A DNA stretch of 11,170 nt from Candidatus Thorarchaeota archaeon (GTDB lineage: Archaea; Asgardarchaeota; Thorarchaeia; Thorarchaeales; Thorarchaeaceae): the NCBI GenBank assembly GCA_016840855.1, contig JAEORO010000031.1, positions 1 through 11,170 on the forward strand. The letters run 5' to 3'. Shown here in pieces: positions 6,454 through 11,170 of this stretch. A model generated the notes under the pieces. The model was not told the DNA's origin. It worked only from the letters and a program-made list of their open reading frames with translations, and searched no databases. How positions within the stretch are numbered: position 1 is the first letter of the stretch; each line of letters begins with the position of its first letter. The translations under genes and the position numbers were made by a program.

Positions 6454-7856
6454 TGTGCAACACCTCCCTCTGACACAATATTTTCCACAGCTTGTATTAG
6501 TTCGTCGATGTTTTCTTTGCTATGAATCTCTGTCACGCAAAACAACATTGATTCTCCCAATGTGGGGAACTCTTCAGTGAGTATTTTACCGCCGTGGATA
6601 CCCCTCTCAAGAAGGCCTTCATGTACATCTTTGGCTGTGACCCCATTTTCAAATCGGACTACAAATTCTTTCCAGATAGATTCTCCAATAGCAGGTGCTT
6701 TTACTCCATGAATTCTGTCAAGCATTCTAGCAGTGTAGTTAGCGTTGAAGGTGATGGTCTCGCTGACTTGTTTCAAACCAGTTGGACCAAGAAGTGATAT
6801 GTAGATTGTCGCAGTAACAGCAGCAAGTGCCTGATTGGAACAGATGTTGCTTGTAGCTTTCTCCCGACGAATATGTTGCTCTCTGGGACTTAATGTTAAT
6901 ACGAATCCATCTTCATAGGGTTCTTTTTCTGTTCGTGTCATTCCGACCAATCTACCAGGCATCTGGTAAATGAGTTTACGATCATTTGTACATCCAAAAA
7001 TACCAAGTAGAGGACCACCAAATGTCATAGGAGAACCTAGGTGTTGACCTTCCGCGACAACTATGTCTGCACCATAATTACCGGGCGGTCGAATGAGTCC
7101 TAAAGACAAGACATCGACTCCAACCACCAGCAACGCTTCCTTATCATGAACGATCCTACTTATTTCATCAACCTGAGTTTCGATGAATCCTAGATAACTC
7201 GGATTTTCGATATATACTCCTGCAACTTGATTGTCAATTTTTGACTCAAGGTCAGCGAGTGACATTAGACCAGTGTGTTTGTCATAGTCTATTTTCTCAA
7301 GTTCAATATCAACTGGTTCGGTATATGTCTGAATGACCTTGTAGTGTTCAGGATTGATGGTACCTGGGACAAGGAATCTCGAGCGCTGCTTCTTGACACG
7401 TGCAGACATTCTCGCAGCTTCAGCGACTGCAGTTGCCATATCGTACATTGATGAGTTCACAACATCTATGTCTAGAATCTCAGCAAGTAGGCTCTGATAT
7501 TCAAACAGTGTCTGAAGCATGCCTTGGCTTATCTCAGCCTGATAACTTGTGTAAGATGTAAGAAATTCCGATCTTGTAGCCAGCGCAGGAACAATGGCAG
7601 GGATGTAATGTAACCCTATACCAGCACCAAGAAAGACACGTCCAGTGTCTGCAGGTTTGTTCTTAGCCGCTAGTTCTTGTATCCTCCGTGTGACTTCAAT
7701 CTCGCTGTGAGAACCTGGAAGATTCAGGTCACGGGGTAACCTGAATTTCTCAGGTATGTTCGAGAACAAATCGTCGAGACTTTTCTTACCAATAGACTCT
7801 AGCATTTCTTTCTCAGTTGCTTTTGTCATTGGTATCCAAGGATGCTTGTATTCCAT
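6450..7856 (-). CDS. gcvPA: Glycine dehydrogenase (decarboxylating) subunit 1
   Basis: Motifs FLGAG, EFLTSYTSYQAEISQG, NSSMYD, FGGP, MPGRLVG and REQHIRREKATSNICSNQ. It has an ATGA overlap with gcvPB. Confidence 0.97.
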   Translation of the reverse strand: MEYKHPWIPMTKATEKEMLESIGKKSLDDLFSNIPEKFRLPRDLNLPGSHSEIEVTRRIQELAAKNKPADTGRVFLGAGIGLHYIPAIVPALATRSEFLTSYTSYQAEISQGMLQTLFEYQSLLAEILDIDVVNSSMYDMATAVAEAARMSARVKKQRSRFLVPGTINPEHYKVIQTYTEPVDIELEKIDYDKHTGLMSLADLESKIDNQVAGVYIENPSYLGFIETQVDEISRIVHDKEALLVVGVDVLSLGLIRPPGNYGADIVVAEGQHLGSPMTFGGPLLGIFGCTNDRKLIYQMPGRLVGMTRTEKEPYEDGFVLTLSPREQHIRREKATSNICSNQALAAVTATIYISLLGPTGLKQVSETITFNANYTARMLDRIHGVKAPAIGESIWKEFVVRFENGVTAKDVHEGLLERGIHGGKILTEEFPTLGESMLFCVTEIHSKENIDELIQAVENIVSEGGVAQ

Positions 7857-7997
7857 TTTGGAGTCCTCTGAACATTAGGATGCATGAGGCGCAGCTAGTC
7901 TCCCAAATAGCCTTTCGGGTTGAACATCAGAAATAGTTGTGTGAATAATTTTTTAACGGCAACCGATTATTCGACGCCAGTCACAGATGTGATAGAA

Positions 7998-8312
7998 ATG
8001 AAACGTTGGTTGATGGATATCCTCGCTTGCCCGATAAGCGACTGTAGAAGTGAGCTTGCTCTGGAGGTCTTTACCTCGCATAATCTAGAGAGTGATGGTG
8101 AAGAAATCGAGGAAATCGACGAAGCGTTAATAACATGTCCGAAGTGTGGCAGATGGTATCCTGTCATTGATGGGATTGCTTGTATGCTTCCCGACAATCT
8201 CAGGATGGATGGTAAACAAAGGATAGAGGAAACTAAGTTTCTCGAGCGTTGGAAGGAGCGAATTGCTTCTGAGATTCTAGACAATGGTGTTCCTTTCAGC
8301 TTAAAGTCCTAA
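7998..8312 (+). CDS. trm112: Trm112-family methyltransferase activator
   Basis: MKRWLMDILACP...C...LITCPKCGRWYPVIDGIACMLPD is the Trm112 zinc-binding signature. The likely start is ATG 7998 rather than 7920. Confidence 0.9.
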   Translation: MKRWLMDILACPISDCRSELALEVFTSHNLESDGEEIEEIDEALITCPKCGRWYPVIDGIACMLPDNLRMDGKQRIEETKFLERWKERIASEILDNGVPFSLKS

Positions 8313-8336
8313 ACCTGAGTAAATGGGTTTACCTAT

Positions 8337-8412
8337 AGCCCCGTGGTGTAGCGGTCCAGCATAGCGGGTTTTGGCCTCGCTGACGGAGGTTCAAATCCTC
8401 CCGGGGCTACCA
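8337..8412 (+). tRNA. tRNA-Gln (anticodon TTG at 8371-8373), intronless, CCA encoded
   Basis: 76-nt cloverleaf with acceptor AGCCCCG/CGGGGCT (A1-U72, the archaeal Gln hallmark), anticodon stem GCGGG/CTCGC with loop TTTTGGC, T arm GGAGG-TTCAAAT-CCTCC and terminal ACCA. Confidence 0.97.
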
Positions 8413-8495
8413 CTTTTCCAAGAATTAAAATCGATGGACGCGATTCTTCTCTCGCAGTGGTTTTTAGTAGTTGATAAGAATCGGGGCTGGCAAGA

Positions 8496-10109
8496 ATGTA
8501 TCAAAATCGCCAAGAATCAAAGAAATCCTATTTCTCACTAAGAAAAAAGGGTAGGATAGCACTAATCTTAGTGATACTCTTGGCGATAGTATCATCCAAA
8601 CAGACATTATTGTTTTCAACGGATATTCAAAATAGTAGATTTACAACAATTCCCAGTAATCAAGTGTTTCATGAGAGTATTGAAATTGCCTCGGACAACG
8701 ATTTCATCCTACAAGGATGGCCAGGAAATGGGAGTGTTTCAAATCCCTTCCTAATTGAAGAACTCGAAATCAGGTCTGATGATGAGTGTATTAGGATAAG
8801 CAATACCAGAAGTCATTTCGTAATTCGCAATTGTTTCTTATCATCCATTCTCCGACAATATCATGGAACTGGTGTATACTTGAGAAATGTGACTCATGGA
8901 ACAATCGAATTGTCAAAAATATCTGGTCTTGGAGTTGGAATATACGATCGACGCAGCACCAAGAATGTCTATCGTAATAATACAATCGAAGACACATGGG
9001 ATGGAATTCTTCTTGGGTCTTGCATTGACAATATTGTTGCAAATAATTCGGTGACGGGCAATCAAGGAGGGTACGACATTCATGTTTTAGATTCTCGAGA
9101 GTGTTCGGTACTTGGAAATTTCATAAGTGGAATTGTTTTCGCGTTTTCTACTAACTGTACAGCAGGATGCAACTCTGGTCTTGTAGAAGGATTGAATATT
9201 TACAGTGAAAACCTGACTCATTGGCTGCATCGGATTTATGACAACTATTTCAATGGAAACATGCTTGGCTACTTCAGAGATACTTCTGACTTAATTATCG
9301 ATGGTAATCTCTATTCTCAACTGATATTAGTGAATGTAACAAGAGCAATAGTCAGCGGTGGAGTATTTCGATATCTATCGATGGGCGTTCAGATTATTCA
9401 TTCTGCTGATTGCAAGCTATCAGACATTGTTTCTGAGAGAAGCCTTCAAGCTGGAGTCAACATTAAGAGTTCGATAAATTGCACCATCATAAATAGTAGT
9501 ATGAATGAGAATTCGGATGGAGTGCTTGTTTCAGGTTCAGAGAGAATAAGAGTTGAAGGAACTAAATTGAATAACAATTCATTTTATGGGATCGGAGTTG
9601 ATACTTCTAATAGCTGCCATTTCATTGGAAACACAATATCGAATAATTGGCTAGGCATTTCAATCAATATGTCGAACAACTGCACGATATCAGAAAATGA
9701 CATCTTTGAAAATGACAAAGGGATTGTTCTATCCTCATCAAATCAGAGTTTAATCACAAATAATGTTGTGCACAAGAATGAGATTGGAATCTTGTTAGAA
9801 ACGACAACATCAAATAACTCGATATATTGGAACACCTTCATTTGGAATACTGAAAAGAATGCAGTTGATGATGGCACTTTCAATAGCTGGGATGATGGTA
9901 TTAGCAGGGGGAATGTCTGGAGCGATTATGCTGGATGTGGCCCTTATACAATTCCTGGACTAGCTCAGAGTGTTGACAGATTTCCTATGGCAATAGGATT
10001 TCAGATCCCAAATGTAGTAATTCCAGTTCTACTGATCATTATAACGACTATAGTATTGTTGTATTCACAGAAACAACGATTTCGTGAATTAAAATCTTCA
10101 AAGAATTAG
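8496..10109 (+). CDS. Membrane-anchored right-handed parallel beta-helix (NosD/CASH-repeat) surface protein
   Basis: N-terminal basic plus hydrophobic segment, WPGNGSVSNPFLIE, many N-x-I-x-x-N-x-x-GI repeats, GNVWSDY...DRFP, and a C-terminal hydrophobic helix followed by a basic tail. Many N-x-S/T sequons. Confidence 0.88.
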   Translation: MYQNRQESKKSYFSLRKKGRIALILVILLAIVSSKQTLLFSTDIQNSRFTTIPSNQVFHESIEIASDNDFILQGWPGNGSVSNPFLIEELEIRSDDECIRISNTRSHFVIRNCFLSSILRQYHGTGVYLRNVTHGTIELSKISGLGVGIYDRRSTKNVYRNNTIEDTWDGILLGSCIDNIVANNSVTGNQGGYDIHVLDSRECSVLGNFISGIVFAFSTNCTAGCNSGLVEGLNIYSENLTHWLHRIYDNYFNGNMLGYFRDTSDLIIDGNLYSQLILVNVTRAIVSGGVFRYLSMGVQIIHSADCKLSDIVSERSLQAGVNIKSSINCTIINSSMNENSDGVLVSGSERIRVEGTKLNNNSFYGIGVDTSNSCHFIGNTISNNWLGISINMSNNCTISENDIFENDKGIVLSSSNQSLITNNVVHKNEIGILLETTTSNNSIYWNTFIWNTEKNAVDDGTFNSWDDGISRGNVWSDYAGCGPYTIPGLAQSVDRFPMAIGFQIPNVVIPVLLIIITTIVLLYSQKQRFRELKSSKN

Positions 10110-10217
10110 ATAAAAATCTAAAGCATATTCATGATAGTTGAAAACTAGTGCAATGTAAAACGTCCAGTCTTGTTCATGGTGCGAAGAATGAAAAACCCAC
10201 AGAGGGATTGTCAATTT

Positions 10218-10242
10218 GGTTCAAATCCTCCCGGGGCTACCA
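10218..10242 (+). repeat. Duplicated 3' end of tRNA-Gln (attR-like)
   Basis: 25/25 identity with 8388-8412; the flanking bases differ on both sides. Confidence 0.95.
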
Positions 10243-10248
10243 TATACA

Positions 10249-10737
10249 TTAGTACTTGAATTGATAGTCACCCACTTGAATTTTTGAGAGGTTTTTTTCT
10301 CCAGACCAAGGTTTCCGTACTTCAACAAGATTTAGAACGTCATAACCTCGCTTCTGCAGGAATTGAATAATTCCAGCGTTATTTGGATGAACCCAATTAT
10401 AGACGGTTTCTTCTTCCAGTTCTTCGGCAAGATGTTCGACTTCAGAGTATAAGGCAGATCCAACCCCTTTTCGTCGTGCTGATGGTGTTACGTATAAAGA
10501 CTCAGCCCAAACGACTGTCTGTTCAACTTTGCAGACTATGTATCCGAGAATCTCATTATTCGCTTCCGCTACGTGAATAGAGTATTTTGGCGACAGATAG
10601 CAATCGAGTTCGCTTCTTGCTGCTTCAAGATCAGGTTCTTTTGAGAGTGATTTTAGGCTCGAGAGGAACACACGATATTCAGCGATGAGTGGAATGACTT
10701 GACCCTTGTCTTCGGGGCGATAAGTTCTGATTTCCAT
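10249..10737 (-). CDS. GNAT family N-acetyltransferase
   Basis: Acetyl-CoA motif A (LYVTPSARRKGVGSAL) and N...FLQKRGY. Confidence 0.9.
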   Translation of the reverse strand: MEIRTYRPEDKGQVIPLIAEYRVFLSSLKSLSKEPDLEAARSELDCYLSPKYSIHVAEANNEILGYIVCKVEQTVVWAESLYVTPSARRKGVGSALYSEVEHLAEELEEETVYNWVHPNNAGIIQFLQKRGYDVLNLVEVRKPWSGEKNLSKIQVGDYQFKY

Positions 10738-10826
10738 ACGAACAAATCTGTTTCATGAGATAAGTGCCTTTGGTCAAACTATATGTTGCAGTCTAGACGA
10801 GGAACGTTAAATTAACTGAACTATGA

Positions 10827-11170
10827 TTATTTCTCTGTAGGACTAAGTCCCTCACCAGCATCAGCCATCTGGACGCGGAATAACCTCTTCACATGAGAAA
10901 GAACAAGACGGTCTCCATTGACAAGAACTTCAATCTCGATGTTGTCACCTAAGCCGGATGTGGAGATTTTCTTCTCTAAGACTGCTTCCACTTGAAAAAC
11001 TCTTGCTGTGTTATCCATAGCAACTGAACTTTTCAATGGTTTCTTCTCTCCACGTTCAAGAATTACATTGTTAATCGCCATCGCACTTACGCTATGAATA
11101 TCGACCTTACCTTTCTGAAAAGGAACCTTTGTGCGACCCTTCGTTAAGTCACAGCCATCTCCAAGTTTTG
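10827..11170 (-). CDS. HD-superfamily phosphohydrolase (COG3294-like), C-terminal part; 5' end outside the window
   Basis: The frame stays open upstream of the listed ATG 11081 to the window edge: KLGDGCDLTKGRTKVPFQKGKVDIHSVSAMAI...GEKKP...VFQVE..L.KKI..SGL. This matches the recalled D-x-x-D-x-x-KGR / IHSVSA family pattern. Confidence 0.72.
   Translation of the reverse strand, partial: KLGDGCDLTKGRTKVPFQKGKVDIHSVSAMAINNVILERGEKKPLKSSVAMDNTARVFQVEAVLEKKISTSGLGDNIEIEVLVNGDRLVLSHVKRLFRVQMADAGEGLSPTEK

Larger units (their letters stand above)
8388..10242 (+). mobile_element. Integrase-less single-gene islet at the tRNA-Gln 3' end
   Basis: Bounded by the perfect 25-bp direct repeat GGTTCAAATCCTCCCGGGGCTACCA at 8388-8412 and 10218-10242. 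It contains one long ORF. Confidence 0.8.

Noticed and set aside
8482-8488. CGGGGCT as an extra tRNA-Gln end copy
   Set aside because: Only 7 bp match, with no T-loop or CCA; compatible with chance or a ribosome-binding region.
3001-9042. Numerous antisense or alternate-frame ORFs inside mtaB, the Ubl gene, gcvP, trm112 and the NosD-like gene
   Set aside because: They are shadows of well-supported genes and have no motifs of their own.
10177-10191. Inverted partial match (12/15) to the Leu-like repeat, TGGTGCGAAGAATGA
   Set aside because: It is short, in the opposite orientation, and the similarity does not extend to the T-loop part.
10827-11081. Standalone 84-aa protein or pseudogene
   Set aside because: The frame is open to the window edge, so it is the C-terminus of a longer gene. 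A few atypical residues (e.g. ARVFQ) are not enough to call decay.

Overview
Archaeal DNA, probably Asgard/Thorarchaeia-like. This assignment is inferred from the archaeal tRNA-Gln with an A1-U72 pair, standalone Trm112, split gcvPA/PB, an archaeal MtaB-type methylthiotransferase and the style of the NosD-repeat surface protein. The housekeeping core (1850-8412) holds a Gfo/Idh/MocA oxidoreductase, a minus-strand cluster gcvPA-gcvPB-LpdD/PAC-like-ubiquitin-like(GG)-tRNA methylthiotransferase, and trm112 followed by tRNA-Gln(TTG). Both flanks show the same unusual architecture: single genes for membrane or surface proteins bounded by copies of a tRNA 3' end (T-loop to CCA), with no integrase in view. 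On the left, three 21-bp copies of a probable tRNA-Leu 3' end (536-556, 777-797, 1410-1430) each follow one membrane-protein gene, including an unlisted 46-aa ORF. On the right, a perfect 25-bp copy of the tRNA-Gln 3' end (10218-10242) encloses one NosD-like gene. Together these suggest a tRNA-anchored, integron-like array of single-gene cassettes. A GC-rich, probably pseudoknotted non-coding element (about 1524-1688) follows the last left repeat. A GNAT gene and a partial HD-domain gene end the window.
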